DNA of 64,000 bases from an uncultured delta proteobacterium (lineage in GTDB: Bacteria; Myxococcota; UBA727; VGSZ01): assembly GCA_963775425.1 (NCBI GenBank), contig CAVZJB010000016.1, positions 192,001-256,000 of the forward strand, written 5' to 3'. Within the stretch, counting starts at the first letter, position 1. Every line of letters starts with the position of its first letter. Shown here piece after piece: positions 19,238 to 30,057 of the stretch. Below the pieces are notes generated by a model. That model saw only the letters and a program-made list of their open reading frames with translations. It was not told where the DNA came from and did no database searches. Both the position numbers and the translations under genes were made by a program.

Positions 19238-21187
19238 GTGAGCGTCGTGCGCCTCCTCGCCGCCGCTGCGATGGCCCTCGCGCTGTCGCCGCCGGCGTCG
19301 GCGCAGTCCGACGATCTCGGCGACACGCACACGCCGCCGCCGTCCCTCGAGGACCTCGGCGTCGTCACGGACGCGTCGGACGCCGGGGCCAAGCCGAAGA
19401 AGGACGCAGACGGCAAGGGCGCAAAGAAGGGCGGCGCCAAGGGCGCGCCAGGGAACAAGGAGGCCGGCAAGGAGACCGGCAAGGAGGCTGGGGCGTCGGA
19501 CGCCGCGACCGAGGCGCCCGCCCCGAAGGACGGGCCGCCGCCCACGGACACGCCGCCGTCGACGTCAACGCCGCCGTCGACGCCCAGGCCCACGCCGAGC
19601 ACGCCGGCGGGCGACGCCCCGAAGGCCGCCCCGAAGGTCCATGCGGCGCCCAGGCACGTCGAGCAAAAGGCCAAGCCGGAGCCCGCGCGGCCGGCGCCGC
19701 GGGCGGCGCCGAAGGTCGAGGAGAAGAAGCCCGCGGGGCCGCCGCCGGAGATCGTGCAGAAGGCCGAGAAGCTCGAGGACGAGGTGAACGGGCTCCTCGC
19801 CGCCGAGCCCGGCGACGCCCACGCGCTCGAGTCCGTCTCCACGCAGTGGGTCGACGACAAGGTGCTCGGCGCCCGGCCCGATCTGCGGGCGCTGTTGAAG
19901 CTCGCGCGCGCCCGCGCGCTCACCATCCAGGGCCGCTTCGACGAGGCCGCGTCGGCGCTCTCGGACGCCAAGAGCCTCGCCGACGGCGCCCCCCGGCGCG
20001 CGCAGCGGCGGCTGACGGCGCAGGTGCGCTACCGCGTGGCGCAGCTCGAGGAGGTGCGGACGCCGCCCGCGGCCGCGTGTGGCGCCCTCGGGCTGTCGCG
20101 CGTCGCGACCTACGAAGGCCGCGAGGCGCGCGACCGGCTCCAGCGCCTGGCCGCCCGCTACAAGGCCGCGGTGCAGACCGGCGACAAATTCTGGGGGCGG
20201 CGCGCGGCGTTCAAGACCGCGGCGCTGTATGACGACCTCTACCGCGCGGCGGTGGCGCCGGCGCAGAAGAACCTGCGCGGGGTGTCCCTGCCCCGCCCGT
20301 TCGCGGTCGGCAGCGTCGACTCGCGCGCGGTGGTCTCCGCGGTGCTCGGCGGCGCCTGGCCCGCGGAGATCTCGCGGCTGTACAGCGAGATCATCGGCTC
20401 CATCGACGCGCGCGCCCCCGACGACATCCTGCTCGCGCAGGTGAAGAAGCGCTCCGCGGCGTTCGCGCGGCTGAAGCTCCCCGACGGCGAGAAGGCCGAG
20501 AACCCCTGGTTCAAGGACGAAACGCCCGGGCTCGTTCGCTTCAACGGGCGCTTCGAGAAGAAGAACCCCGACGGGAGCTGGTCGCAGCTCGCGCCGGCCG
20601 ACGCCAAGGAGGCGCTGAAGGCCAACCTGGAAAAGCCCCTCGGCACCGTCGACAACGCCTACGCCCTCGCCGCGCTCGCGGAGACGGGGCCGGCGCCCGC
20701 GCCGGACAAGATCCTCGCCGCCCTCGCGCACAAGGACGACCGCGTCGTGCTCGCCGGACTGCTCGCGGCGGAGCGCGCGCCCACGCCGGCGCTCCTCGAG
20801 CCGCTCATCGCCGTGGCCACGCGGCCGCAAAAGGGCGAGGCCTTCGCCACGCTGCAGGCCTCGCTGTTCGGGCTGCGCGAGCGCTCGCTGCTGGCTCTGC
20901 GGGCGCTCGCCTCCAAGGACCGCGACGTCGCGGCCAAGATCCTAGACGACGCCCGCCTGCCCGCCCGCGAGCGCGCCTGGATCGTCGCCGAGGTCGGCGA
21001 CAGCCGCCTCGAGCGCACGCTGCAAGGCCTCGCGTCCGACCGCGACCCCGTGGTCGCGGCCACGGCGCTGTACGCCCTCACCCTCGCCGACGGTCGCAAC
21101 TTCGGCTACCTGCGCCAGAGCGACAACGGCGTCGTCGGCTGCGTCTCCCGCGCCATCGCCGCCATCGACGCGTCCCGCCCGCACTAG
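19238..21187 (+). CDS. Secreted hypothetical protein with a Pro/Lys/Ala linker and TPR/HEAT-like helical regions
   Basis: Signal peptide (..PPASAQ), a low-complexity linker, and Ala/Leu-rich helical repeats. Confidence 0.7.
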   Translation: MSVVRLLAAAAMALALSPPASAQSDDLGDTHTPPPSLEDLGVVTDASDAGAKPKKDADGKGAKKGGAKGAPGNKEAGKETGKEAGASDAATEAPAPKDGPPPTDTPPSTSTPPSTPRPTPSTPAGDAPKAAPKVHAAPRHVEQKAKPEPARPAPRAAPKVEEKKPAGPPPEIVQKAEKLEDEVNGLLAAEPGDAHALESVSTQWVDDKVLGARPDLRALLKLARARALTIQGRFDEAASALSDAKSLADGAPRRAQRRLTAQVRYRVAQLEEVRTPPAAACGALGLSRVATYEGREARDRLQRLAARYKAAVQTGDKFWGRRAAFKTAALYDDLYRAAVAPAQKNLRGVSLPRPFAVGSVDSRAVVSAVLGGAWPAEISRLYSEIIGSIDARAPDDILLAQVKKRSAAFARLKLPDGEKAENPWFKDETPGLVRFNGRFEKKNPDGSWSQLAPADAKEALKANLEKPLGTVDNAYALAALAETGPAPAPDKILAALAHKDDRVVLAGLLAAERAPTPALLEPLIAVATRPQKGEAFATLQASLFGLRERSLLALRALASKDRDVAAKILDDARLPARERAWIVAEVGDSRLERTLQGLASDRDPVVAATALYALTLADGRNFGYLRQSDNGVVGCVSRAIAAIDASRPH

Positions 21188-21207
21188 CGCGCGAGCCGCG
21201 CCCGCGG

Positions 21208-22260
21208 TCAGCGGGGGGCGTAGCCGAGCTTGCGCAGGCCCTTGGCGTTGGTGGTCCAGTCGGGCTCGACGCGGACGAGGAGCTCGAGGTGGACCTTGCA
21301 GCCGAGGAGCTTCTCGAGCTCCTTGCGGGCGCGCTCGCCGATGGCCTTGATGCGCTGGCCCTTCTTGCCGATGACCATGGCCTTCTGGCTGTCGCGCTCG
21401 ACGTGGATGACCGCGGAGACCGTCACGAGCGGCTTCTTCTTGTCCTCGCGGCGGCTCTCGTCGACGGCCTCGACGACGACGGCGGCGCGGTAGGGGAGCT
21501 CCTGGCGCAGCTCGAGCATCACCTTTTCGCGGATGAGCTCGGCCGCGATTTCCCGCTCGCTCGTGTCGGTGACCGCGTCGGGCTCGAACAGGAACGGGCC
21601 CTCCGGCATGCGCGCGGCGAGGTCGTCCACGAGCACGTCCACGCCCTGGCCCTTGGCCGCCGACAACGGGATGAGCGCCGCGAAGCGGTCGCCCTTGCTC
21701 CACGCGTCGAGGAGCGGCAGCAGCAGGCGCTTGTCCGCGACCGTGTCGACCTTGTTGACCACGAGCACCACCGGCACCTTCAGCGCCCCGGCCCGCTCGA
21801 GCTGCTCGAGCGCCGCGACGTCGGCGGGGTGGATCCGCCCGGCGGCGGCCGCCCCTGCGGGTGACCCCGCGGCGGCGTCGGCGCCCTTCGGCCCTCCCCT
21901 CGGCCCTCCCCTCGGCCCTCCGTTGTGTCCCTTGTCGCGCGGCGCGCCCTTGTGGCGGGGGCCGCTCACGGCCTCGACCACGAACGCGACGACGTCGACG
22001 CCCTTGGCCGCCTCGATCGCTTCGCCGATCATGAAAGCGTGCAACCCGCGGGTGGGCTTGTGGAGCCCGGGGGTGTCCACGAAGACGATCTGCGCGTTGC
22101 CCCGCGTCTCCACGCCGCGCAGCGCCCGCCGGGTGGTCTGGGGCTTGTGCGTCGTCGCCGCCACCTTCTGTCCGAGGATGGCGTTCAAGAGCGTGGACTT
22201 GCCGACGTTGGGCCGCCCCATGATTGCCACGGTTCCGCAGCGCGTGGTGGTGGTGCTCAT
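21208..22260 (-). CDS. era: GTPase Era
   Basis: [27 protein letters not shown]-domain [13 protein letters not shown]. Confidence 0.97.
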   Translation of the reverse strand: MSTTTTRCGTVAIMGRPNVGKSTLLNAILGQKVAATTHKPQTTRRALRGVETRGNAQIVFVDTPGLHKPTRGLHAFMIGEAIEAAKGVDVVAFVVEAVSGPRHKGAPRDKGHNGGPRGGPRGGPKGADAAAGSPAGAAAAGRIHPADVAALEQLERAGALKVPVVLVVNKVDTVADKRLLLPLLDAWSKGDRFAALIPLSAAKGQGVDVLVDDLAARMPEGPFLFEPDAVTDTSEREIAAELIREKVMLELRQELPYRAAVVVEAVDESRREDKKKPLVTVSAVIHVERDSQKAMVIGKKGQRIKAIGERARKELEKLLGCKVHLELLVRVEPDWTTNAKGLRKLGYAPR

Positions 22261-24890
22261 ACGACCACGTTCACGAGCTTGGGTGTGCCCGCCTTGTCGC
22301 GCGGCACGATGATCTTCTTGGCGGGCTTGCCCTCCATGAAGCGCTGCACCGTGGACTCCGCCAACGCGGCCGCCTGGACGGTGGCGTCGTCGGCGTCCTT
22401 CTTCACCGTGATCTCGCCGCGGCGCTTGCCCTGCACCTGCACGCCGATGGTGACGGCGTCGTCGACGCAGAGCGCCTCGTCGTGGGGCGGCCAGCCCTGC
22501 TGGCACACGAGCCCCTGCCCGCCCAGGCGCTGCCAGAGCTCCTCGGCGACGTGCGGCGCATACGGTGACAACAGTTTGGTGAACGTCGAAGCGACCTCCT
22601 TCGGCACCGACGGCGCCGCGGTGGCGTCGTTCACCAGCTCCATCATCGCGGAGATGGCCGTGTTGAAGCGGAGCGCCTCGGTGTCCTCCCGCACCTTCTT
22701 GATGGTGCGGTGGAGCTTCTTCCACAGCGCCTCCGCGCTCGGCCCGGGAGCGTCCGTGAGCCGCCCGGAGAGGGCGCCCGTCTCCTCGTCGACCACGACG
22801 CGCCACGCCCGCGCGAGGAAGTTCCGCACGCCCACGATGCTGCGTGGGTTCCAGGGCTTCACCTGGTCGAGCGGCCCCATGAACAGCTCGTACAGCCGCA
22901 GCGTGTCCGCCCCGTGCTCGCGCACGACGTCGTCGGGGTTGACCACGTTCCCCTTCGACTTGGACATCTTTTCGACCTGGCTCGTGAGCGCTTCACCCGT
23001 GGCCTTGAGGTACGGCTTGCCGTCCCTCTCCTCGACGTCGTCGTAGCCCCAGTACTTGCCGCGCGCGTCCTGGAACGAATACGCGAGGATCATCCCCTGG
23101 TTGAAGAGCTTCTGGAACGGCTCCGCCGTGGACACGACGCCGCAGTCGAACAGGACCTTGTGCCAGAAGCGCGCGTACAGCAGGTGCAGCACGGCGTGCT
23201 CGACGCCGCCGACGTAGAGGTCGACGGGCATCCAGTGCTTCTCGAGCGCGGGGTCGACGAGCGCCGTGTCGTTGCCCGGATCGATGAAGCGCAGGTAGTA
23301 CCAGCACGACCCGGCCCACTGCGGCATCGTGTTGAGCTCGCGCGTGGCCGTGCGCCCGTCGGGCAGCGTCACCCGCGCCCACTCTGCGGGCGCCCGGCCG
23401 AGCGGCGGCTTGCCGTCGCCCGTGGGCTTGTACTCGTCGATGGGCGGGAGTGCGACCGGCAGGGCATCCTCGCCGACGGCGACGACCTCGCCGTCGTCGG
23501 TGTGCACGATGGGGAACGGCTCGCCCCAGTAGCGCTGGCGGGAGAAGAGCCAGTCGCGCAGCTTGTACTGCACGCGCCGGTCGCCCTTCCCGCTGTTCTC
23601 GAGCCAGTCGATCATGCGCGCCTTGGCGTCGGCGGTGCCGAGCCCGTCGAGGGAGACCTCGCCGTTTGCGCTGTTGACGGCGGCGCCGTCGTCAACGAAC
23701 GCGCACTCCTCGATGGACGGGGGCGCCTCGACGACCGCGTCGCCGCCCGCCCCGTGGCCCACGGGGCGCGCGACCACCTCCTTGATGGGGAGCTTCATGG
23801 CGCGCGCGAACTCGTGGTCGCGCGCGTCGTGCCCCGGCACGGCCATGATGGCGCCGGTGCCGTAGGTCATGAGCACGTAGTCGGCGACCCAGATCGGGAT
23901 CTTCTGCTCGTTCGCCGGGTTCACGGCGTAGGCGCCGGTGAAGGCGCCGGTCTTCACCTTGGCGAGGTCGGTGCGCGCGAGGTCCGTCTTCTGCTTCGCC
24001 TGGGCGACGTACGCGTCGACGGCGTCCTTGTGCGAAGGCGCCGTGATGACGTCGACGAGCGGGTGCTCGGGCGCGAGCACGCAGTAGGTGGCGCCGAACA
24101 GCGTGTCCGGCCTGGTGGTGAACACGCGGAAGGAGGCGTCCCTGGCGCTCGGGTGCTTGACGTCATGGGCGACGACGACGGGGAAGTCGATCTCCGCGCC
24201 CTCGGACCTGCCGATCCAGTTGCGCTGCATCTCCTTGACGCCGTCGGGCCAATCGAGGCCGTCGAGGTCGTCGAGGAGCCGCTGTGCGTAGACCGGGATC
24301 TTGAGCATCCACTGCTTCATGGTCCTGCGCTCGACGGGGTCGCCGGTCTCGACGTACTTGCCGTCCTTGACCTCCTCGTTGGCGAGGACGGTGCCGAGGG
24401 CAGGGCACCAGTTGACCGGCACCTCGGAGAGGTACGCGAGGCCCTTGTCGTGGAGCTTCAGGAAGATCCACTGCGTCCAGCGGTAGTACCTCGGGTCCGT
24501 CGTGGAGATCTCGCGGCTCCAGTCGTAGCTGAGCCCGAGCGACTTGATCTGCCGGCGGAAGTTGTCGACGTTGTCCTTGGTGATGACCGCGGGGTGGCGT
24601 CCCTCGCGCACGGCCGCGCGCTCGGCGGGGAGGCCGAAGGCGTCCCAGCCCATCGGGTGCAGCACGTAGTGCCCGGTCATGCGTTTGAGGCGCGCGACGA
24701 CGTCGGTGGCGGTGTAGCCCTCGGGGTGTCCGACGTGCAGCCCTGCCCCCGACGGATACGGGAACATGTCGAGCACGTAGAACTTGGGCTTCTTGGCGAG
24801 CGTGGCGAGGTCGCGCGGCGCCTCGAACGCCTTCTGCTCCTCCCACGCACGTTGCCACTTGGGCTCGATCTGGCTCGGGTCGTAGCGCAT
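22257..24890 (-). CDS. leuS: Leucine--tRNA ligase
   Basis: [21 protein letters not shown] editing domain, KMSKSKGN. Confidence 0.99.
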   Translation of the reverse strand: MRYDPSQIEPKWQRAWEEQKAFEAPRDLATLAKKPKFYVLDMFPYPSGAGLHVGHPEGYTATDVVARLKRMTGHYVLHPMGWDAFGLPAERAAVREGRHPAVITKDNVDNFRRQIKSLGLSYDWSREISTTDPRYYRWTQWIFLKLHDKGLAYLSEVPVNWCPALGTVLANEEVKDGKYVETGDPVERRTMKQWMLKIPVYAQRLLDDLDGLDWPDGVKEMQRNWIGRSEGAEIDFPVVVAHDVKHPSARDASFRVFTTRPDTLFGATYCVLAPEHPLVDVITAPSHKDAVDAYVAQAKQKTDLARTDLAKVKTGAFTGAYAVNPANEQKIPIWVADYVLMTYGTGAIMAVPGHDARDHEFARAMKLPIKEVVARPVGHGAGGDAVVEAPPSIEECAFVDDGAAVNSANGEVSLDGLGTADAKARMIDWLENSGKGDRRVQYKLRDWLFSRQRYWGEPFPIVHTDDGEVVAVGEDALPVALPPIDEYKPTGDGKPPLGRAPAEWARVTLPDGRTATRELNTMPQWAGSCWYYLRFIDPGNDTALVDPALEKHWMPVDLYVGGVEHAVLHLLYARFWHKVLFDCGVVSTAEPFQKLFNQGMILAYSFQDARGKYWGYDDVEERDGKPYLKATGEALTSQVEKMSKSKGNVVNPDDVVREHGADTLRLYELFMGPLDQVKPWNPRSIVGVRNFLARAWRVVVDEETGALSGRLTDAPGPSAEALWKKLHRTIKKVREDTEALRFNTAISAMMELVNDATAAPSVPKEVASTFTKLLSPYAPHVAEELWQRLGGQGLVCQQGWPPHDEALCVDDAVTIGVQVQGKRRGEITVKKDADDATVQAAALAESTVQRFMEGKPAKKIIVPRDKAGTPKLVNVVV

Positions 24891-24948
24891 GTCCCGTCGA
24901 TACACGCGCGCGGCGTCGTCGTCGACACCGAAGGCGCGCGTCGAACCG

Positions 24949-25923
24949 CTACGGCAGGATGTCGCCGCCGAGGGAGAGGATCGCCTCGGTGAGGATGTCG
25001 GCGTCGTCGCTGCGGCCCTCGGCGCGCAACCGTTCGGCGAGCGCGCGCAGGCGCGTGTCGAGCGGCGCGGGCCCCGGGGCCGGCAGGCTCTCGGTGGAGG
25101 CGGCGTTGAACGCGGCGACGAGGTCCTGCCCGAGGTCGCCGCTGGACGGCGCGGCGGACCCGCCCCAATCCACGCCGTCACCGCCGGGGACGGGCGGCGG
25201 CGCATGCGGGAGGAAGTCACCCGCGTCGAGCGCGGGGTCGCTCATCGGGCTCGGCGCGGGCGCCGCGATGTCGATGCCGTCGAAGATGCTGTCGAGGCTC
25301 GTCCCCTCGCCCGCCGGCGCGGGCGGCGGCGCCCCGCTGCCGACGCTCGGGTCGAGGGCGGGCTGCTCGAGGCTGAACGAGATGTCGGTGTCGATGACGA
25401 TCTCGTCGGGCGGCGGCGGCATGCCGATGTCGCTCGGGGGCGCCATCGAAAACGGCGGCGGGACCGCGAAGGGGCTCTGGGGTTGCGGGGTGCCGAGCGG
25501 GCTCGTCGACGGCGGCGCCCCGAGGGGCGCCGTCGAAAACGGGTTCGACGGCGGCGGCGGCGGGGGGAAGCCCGGCGACGACGACGGCGGCGGCGACGCC
25601 GTGGGCGGCGACGGGAACGCCGGCGACGCGCTCGCCGGCGGCGACGACGACGGCGGCCGCCCGGGGAACCCCGGCGGAGGGGTGAAGCCGGGCGAGGACT
25701 TCGCCGGCGAAAACGGGGTCGGGCTCGATGCCGGCGCGGGCGTGCGCTGCTGCGGCGGCAGCGTGAACGGGCTCGTGGTCGGGCGCTCCGCGGGCCTCGG
25801 CGGCGCCGGCGCAGCGGCGGGGGGCGCGACGGCGGCGCCGTCGCGGGGCCACTCGTAGCCGCAGGCGAAACAGTTCCGTCCATCAGCGACGCGGCCACAC
25901 TGCGGACAACGAACGAGCGCCAT
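24949..25923 (-). CDS. Zinc-ribbon, Pro/Ser-rich hypothetical protein
   Basis: [25 protein letters not shown], a long Pro-rich linker, an acidic region and a short C-terminal helical domain. Confidence 0.75.
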   Translation of the reverse strand: MALVRCPQCGRVADGRNCFACGYEWPRDGAAVAPPAAAPAPPRPAERPTTSPFTLPPQQRTPAPASSPTPFSPAKSSPGFTPPPGFPGRPPSSSPPASASPAFPSPPTASPPPSSSPGFPPPPPPSNPFSTAPLGAPPSTSPLGTPQPQSPFAVPPPFSMAPPSDIGMPPPPDEIVIDTDISFSLEQPALDPSVGSGAPPPAPAGEGTSLDSIFDGIDIAAPAPSPMSDPALDAGDFLPHAPPPVPGGDGVDWGGSAAPSSGDLGQDLVAAFNAASTESLPAPGPAPLDTRLRALAERLRAEGRSDDADILTEAILSLGGDILP

Positions 25924-26016
25924 GCGCTCACCATAGCGGAAGTCGCTTCCAGGTCGGAACAACCCGACTTTCTCCGTCGACCGCCGCTCGCCCGCGGCTG
26001 CCCGCGCGCCGCCCCC

Positions 26017-26444
26017 GCCGCCCCCGACGGCGCGCGCGCGCGCGGAGGACGCGCGCGTCGCAGGTGTAAACCCGCGGCGCTTCGACGGTTTCTGGCGGTG
26101 AGCGGCGGAGGTGGGCTGCGGCGCTCCTCGACGGGAAGCGGCGCGTCGATCCCGTGGACGAGCTTCGTCGTGCAAGACGGCCTGCGCGCGAGCCTCGCGT
26201 CGGGAGCGGCGCCGCTCACGCTCCTCCTCGGCGACACGCGGCGGATCCCCATCGGCGCCCACGGCGTGGACTTCGAGCGCCTCGATCGCCACGCCGCCGG
26301 CGACCCCCTGTGGGACTTCGAGCGGCCGACGCGCTGAGCCCCCCTCACGCCGCCGAGTCGAGGCCGCCCCCGGCGGCGCGCCGCTGAAGACGCGAGCGCC
26401 GCAGGTGTAACCCCGCGGCGCTTCGACGGTTTTGTGGTGGTGAG
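26017..26444. repeat. Imperfect direct repeat pair (about 26017-26102 and 26363-26444) including the tRNA 3' end; possible att remnant
   Basis: gacgcgcgcgtcgcaggtgtaaacccgcggcgcttcgacggtttctggcggtgag versus gacgcgagcgccgcaggtgtaaccccgcggcgcttcgacggttttgtggtggtgag. Confidence 0.75.
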
Positions 26445-26511
26445 GGGGAGAGTTGAACTCCCGACCTGTGGATTATGAGACCACCGCTCTAACCAACTGA
26501 GCTACCTCACC
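26435..26511 (-). tRNA. tRNA-Met (CAT), probably elongator
   Basis: GGTGAGGTAGCTCAGTTGGTTAGAGCGGTGGTCTCATAATCCACAGGTCGGGAGTTCAACTCTCCCCCTCACCACCA: 77 nt, cloverleaf, encoded CCA. G1-C72 is paired, so it is not the initiator; Ile2 is not fully excluded. Confidence 0.95.
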
Positions 26512-26565
26512 GCGCAACCTTTCTTAGCATGGCGTGTGAGCCGGTCTAGTCGTAGCTTTCAAGCT

Positions 26566-27042
26566 ATGCGCACCGGCCCCTTCGCCCCCGTCCCCCGCCG
26601 CCTGCTCATCGTCGCCGCGGGCGCCGTGGGCACGGCCGCGTTCCTCTACCTCCGCAACAAGGTGCTCGCCGAGCGGGACGGCCGCCGGCGAGAGCGCCAC
26701 AAGGACGACGCGCCGTCCCCCAACGGGGGCTCCGGCAGCGCGTCGACGGCGGCCGAGGGCGAGGCGCAGAGCGGCTCGGTGCGGGAGCTGTCGCTCTTCC
26801 TCGCCGGCGAGTCCTGGTACGACGAGATCGGCTGGCAGGGCATCTGGGAGCGCGAGGGCATCGAGTCCCCCGAGGGCTGGCTGCGCACCACCGGCAAGGA
26901 CGTCCTCGTCGACGAGCGCAAGAAGCTCGAGGCCCACCCTGCCCTGCTCGCCGGCTGCCGCCGGCGCTGGATCGTGGTGTGTCGCTACGCCGGCGTCGAC
27001 GTCGGCGACGCCGCCGCGCTCTGGAACAGCACCGAAGCTTGA
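26566..27042 (+). CDS. Hypothetical membrane-anchored protein
   Basis: N-terminal TM (LLIVAAGAVGTAAFLYL) and a Trp-rich C-terminal domain; TAGCTT box 7 nt before the ATG. Confidence 0.65.
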   Translation: MRTGPFAPVPRRLLIVAAGAVGTAAFLYLRNKVLAERDGRRRERHKDDAPSPNGGSGSASTAAEGEAQSGSVRELSLFLAGESWYDEIGWQGIWEREGIESPEGWLRTTGKDVLVDERKKLEAHPALLAGCRRRWIVVCRYAGVDVGDAAALWNSTEA

Positions 27043-27094
27043 GCAGCCCCCGCGCGACGACGTCGCGGCGCCCGGAGCCACGGCGTCGTGGCGC

Positions 27095-30010
27095 TCAGAA
27101 CGAGTTGCCGACGTTGAATTCGAACGAGTAGGGCTGGTCCCCGGCGGCGAAGCCGAAGGTGCCGGCGGGCCGCGGCGTGAGCGGGAAGCCGAGCTCGAAG
27201 CGCAGCGGGCCGATGGGGGAGAACCAGCGGATGCCGGCGCCCACGGAGTAGAACAGGCCGAGCGGGAGCTGCGTGCGCGGATCCCAGCAGGGGCCACCGG
27301 CGCACGTGGAGGACTTGAGCAGCGGGTTTTCGCCGTTGCCGATGTAGAAGAAGTTCTCGTCGGGGCCGTAGACGTTGCCCGCGTCGAAGAACAGCACGCC
27401 GCGGATGCCGACCTGCTCGAGGATGGGGAACTCGAGCTCGAGGTTTTCGAAGATCTCCTTGTTCCCGCCCGTGAGGAAGTCCGTGAGCGGGCTCGAGGGA
27501 TCGCCGATGGCGCCGACGCGCGCGACGGGCGAGATGGAGCGGAGGAAATAGCCGCGGATGGTGTTGAGACCACCCATATAATAGTTCTCGAAGACGAGAT
27601 TGCTGGTGCTGTTGATGAACCCGACCTCGGTGTTGGTCTTCAGCACGATCCCTTTGACGGGAAGAATATTGTCGAAGTTCCAGTAGGCGCGGGCCGTGAG
27701 CGTGTACCGCTGGAAGTCGTTGGCGTCGCCGTTTCTGTACAAGAAACCGAGGCCGTCCTTCACGCCGGCGCCCTCCAGGCTGTCCTTCACCCACTTCTCG
27801 GCCCCGGGCATGAGCGCCGAGCCCAACAGCGGGCTCGCCAGCTCCACGGAGCCCTGGAGGAACCAGCCCGCCGACGGAAACAGACGGTTGTTGCGCTGGT
27901 CGAAGACGACCGCGCCCTTCACCGAGGTGGTCCAGTGCGGCAGGTGCGTCTGCAGCGCCGCCAGCCGCGCGTTGAAGTTGGTGTCCCCGATGACCACCCG
28001 CTCCATGTTCGCCGAGAGGAAGAGCTGCAGGTTCTCGAAGTTTGGGATGTACGGCAAAAGCGCCGGTGACGCCTCCGACAACATGTCTTTGGTGAGCGGG
28101 GTCAGCGGCTGACCGATGGGATAGCCGATGGTGGCGTCGGCGCCGGTGGAGTCGCGCGCGAAATCGAGGAAGAACTGCGACGTGTTGAACAGCGAAAACG
28201 CCAGCGTCACCGGCTCTTGGTTGATGGTGAAGGCGTAGGGATCGATGTAGCGGAAGTCAAAGATGCGGCGCAGGCCGGACCACTGCACCGAGCCCGACAC
28301 CGTGGTGCCGAGGCCGAGGAAGTTGTTGTAGGCGATCTGCCCGGTGAACAGGATGTTCTCGACGTTGGAGAAGCCGGCGCCGAGCTGGAAGGTGCCGGTG
28401 GACTTCTCCTTCACGTCGAAGACGAGGATCATGCGGTCGGGCTTGCTGCCCTGGCGCGTGGTGACGTTCACCTTCTCGAAGAAGCCGAGCGCGTTCACCC
28501 GCTGCTCGCTGATGCGCAGGGCGCTCGCCGAGTACCACTCGCCCTCGTAGATGCGCAGCTCGCGGCGGATGACGCTGTCCTGCGTCTTGTTGTTGCCGGT
28601 GATCTCGACGCGCTCGACGGTGACGCGCGGGCCGCTCTCGATGTTGAGCGCGAGGTCGACGCTGTCATCCTCCTCGTGCACCACGGTCTCGGGCTGGATG
28701 TTGACGTACGCGTAGCCCTTGTCGCGGTAGCGGTCGGCGATGGCGTTGACGTCGATGGCCACCTGCGTGCGCGAGAAGACGTCGCCGGACTTGACGTGGG
28801 TGCGCGACAACAGGTCCGAGCGCAGGAAGGTGATGCCCTCCTTGGCGGCGGCGGCCTCCTCGGGCTTGTCGATGATGAGGTCGCCCTTCACCGTCAACGA
28901 GCGCAACGTGTAGCTCTTGCCCTCGGTGACCGGGATCTCGACGGCGATGCGCGTCTTGTCCGCGGAGAGCTGCACGCGGGGCTTGCCGACCTTGACGTTG
29001 ATGTAGCCCTTGTCCTGGTAGATCTGCTCGATGGCGAGGAGGTCGGTGTCGAGCTGCTCCTCTTTGTACGTGCCCCACTCGTTGAGCACGCCGAGGGGGT
29101 GGGCCTCGTGGGTGCGCATGTACTGCGTGAGGTCGTCGGCGGGGACGTGCTCGTTGCCAACGAAGGTGAGGGTCTCAATCTTGACCTTCTGGGCCTCCGT
29201 GATCTTGAAGATGACGTCGACGAACTCGCCCTCGCCCTGCTTGTCCGGCCGCGCCGGCGCGGCGTCCTTCTGGTCCCCGGGCTCCGGCGCCGCGGGCTTC
29301 TTGAAGAGGTCGAGGAGGCCCTCCTCCTCGTGGGGCTTGGCGGTGCCGGTGGAGGGGCGAATCTCGTAGCTGACCTCGGCGAGGAAGTAGCCCTTGTCGA
29401 CGTAGAGCTTCTGGATCTTGGAGACGTTGGCGCGCACCTTGGAGATGTCGAGCACCTGGAAGGGCTTGATGTCGACGACGTCGGAGATGTCGTCCTTGGA
29501 GATGTCCTTGTTGCCCTCGAAGATGACCTCGTCGATGGCCGGCTTCTCCTTGAGGTCGAAGACGATGACGATGCTGCCCTTCGGGCCCGGGCGCGAGCGG
29601 ACGACGACGTCGTCGAAGATGTCCATGGCGTAGATGCGCCGGATGTCGGCCTGGATGGTGCGCGCGTCCGGCTTCTTGTCGATGCGCGTCTGCACCTGCA
29701 CGAGGACGGCGTCGGGCTCGATCTTCTTGGCGCCCTGGATGCGCACCTCGCTGATGTAGCCCGGGCGCGGCTTGTCGCTGAGGAGCACCCCGCGCTCCTT
29801 GGCCCGCTCGCGCGCCTTCTCCTCGGCGGGCGTGAGCGGCTCGGGCAGCGGCTCGAGCGCCTCCTTGGGCCGGACGTACTGCTCTTCCTTGGGCTTTTGC
29901 GGCCCCTGCCCCGGCCCCGGCGTCTCACCGCCCGGACCGAACGGGTCCTCGCCTACCTGGGCGAAAGCAGGGGCGCTCAAGACGAGGGCGGCGATGGCGA
30001 GAGCGCGCAC
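27095..30010 (-). CDS. bamA: Outer membrane protein assembly factor BamA
   Basis: POTRA repeats, GNNKTQDSVIRREL, IRGY motif, GIRWFSPIGPLRFELG, C-terminal FEFNVGNSF. Confidence 0.97.
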   Translation of the reverse strand: MRALAIAALVLSAPAFAQVGEDPFGPGGETPGPGQGPQKPKEEQYVRPKEALEPLPEPLTPAEEKARERAKERGVLLSDKPRPGYISEVRIQGAKKIEPDAVLVQVQTRIDKKPDARTIQADIRRIYAMDIFDDVVVRSRPGPKGSIVIVFDLKEKPAIDEVIFEGNKDISKDDISDVVDIKPFQVLDISKVRANVSKIQKLYVDKGYFLAEVSYEIRPSTGTAKPHEEEGLLDLFKKPAAPEPGDQKDAAPARPDKQGEGEFVDVIFKITEAQKVKIETLTFVGNEHVPADDLTQYMRTHEAHPLGVLNEWGTYKEEQLDTDLLAIEQIYQDKGYINVKVGKPRVQLSADKTRIAVEIPVTEGKSYTLRSLTVKGDLIIDKPEEAAAAKEGITFLRSDLLSRTHVKSGDVFSRTQVAIDVNAIADRYRDKGYAYVNIQPETVVHEEDDSVDLALNIESGPRVTVERVEITGNNKTQDSVIRRELRIYEGEWYSASALRISEQRVNALGFFEKVNVTTRQGSKPDRMILVFDVKEKSTGTFQLGAGFSNVENILFTGQIAYNNFLGLGTTVSGSVQWSGLRRIFDFRYIDPYAFTINQEPVTLAFSLFNTSQFFLDFARDSTGADATIGYPIGQPLTPLTKDMLSEASPALLPYIPNFENLQLFLSANMERVVIGDTNFNARLAALQTHLPHWTTSVKGAVVFDQRNNRLFPSAGWFLQGSVELASPLLGSALMPGAEKWVKDSLEGAGVKDGLGFLYRNGDANDFQRYTLTARAYWNFDNILPVKGIVLKTNTEVGFINSTSNLVFENYYMGGLNTIRGYFLRSISPVARVGAIGDPSSPLTDFLTGGNKEIFENLELEFPILEQVGIRGVLFFDAGNVYGPDENFFYIGNGENPLLKSSTCAGGPCWDPRTQLPLGLFYSVGAGIRWFSPIGPLRFELGFPLTPRPAGTFGFAAGDQPYSFEFNVGNSF

Positions 30011-30057
30011 GACGGATCCGGGTTAGCCGCGCCGGGCGGCGGTGACAACAGGCCCGT

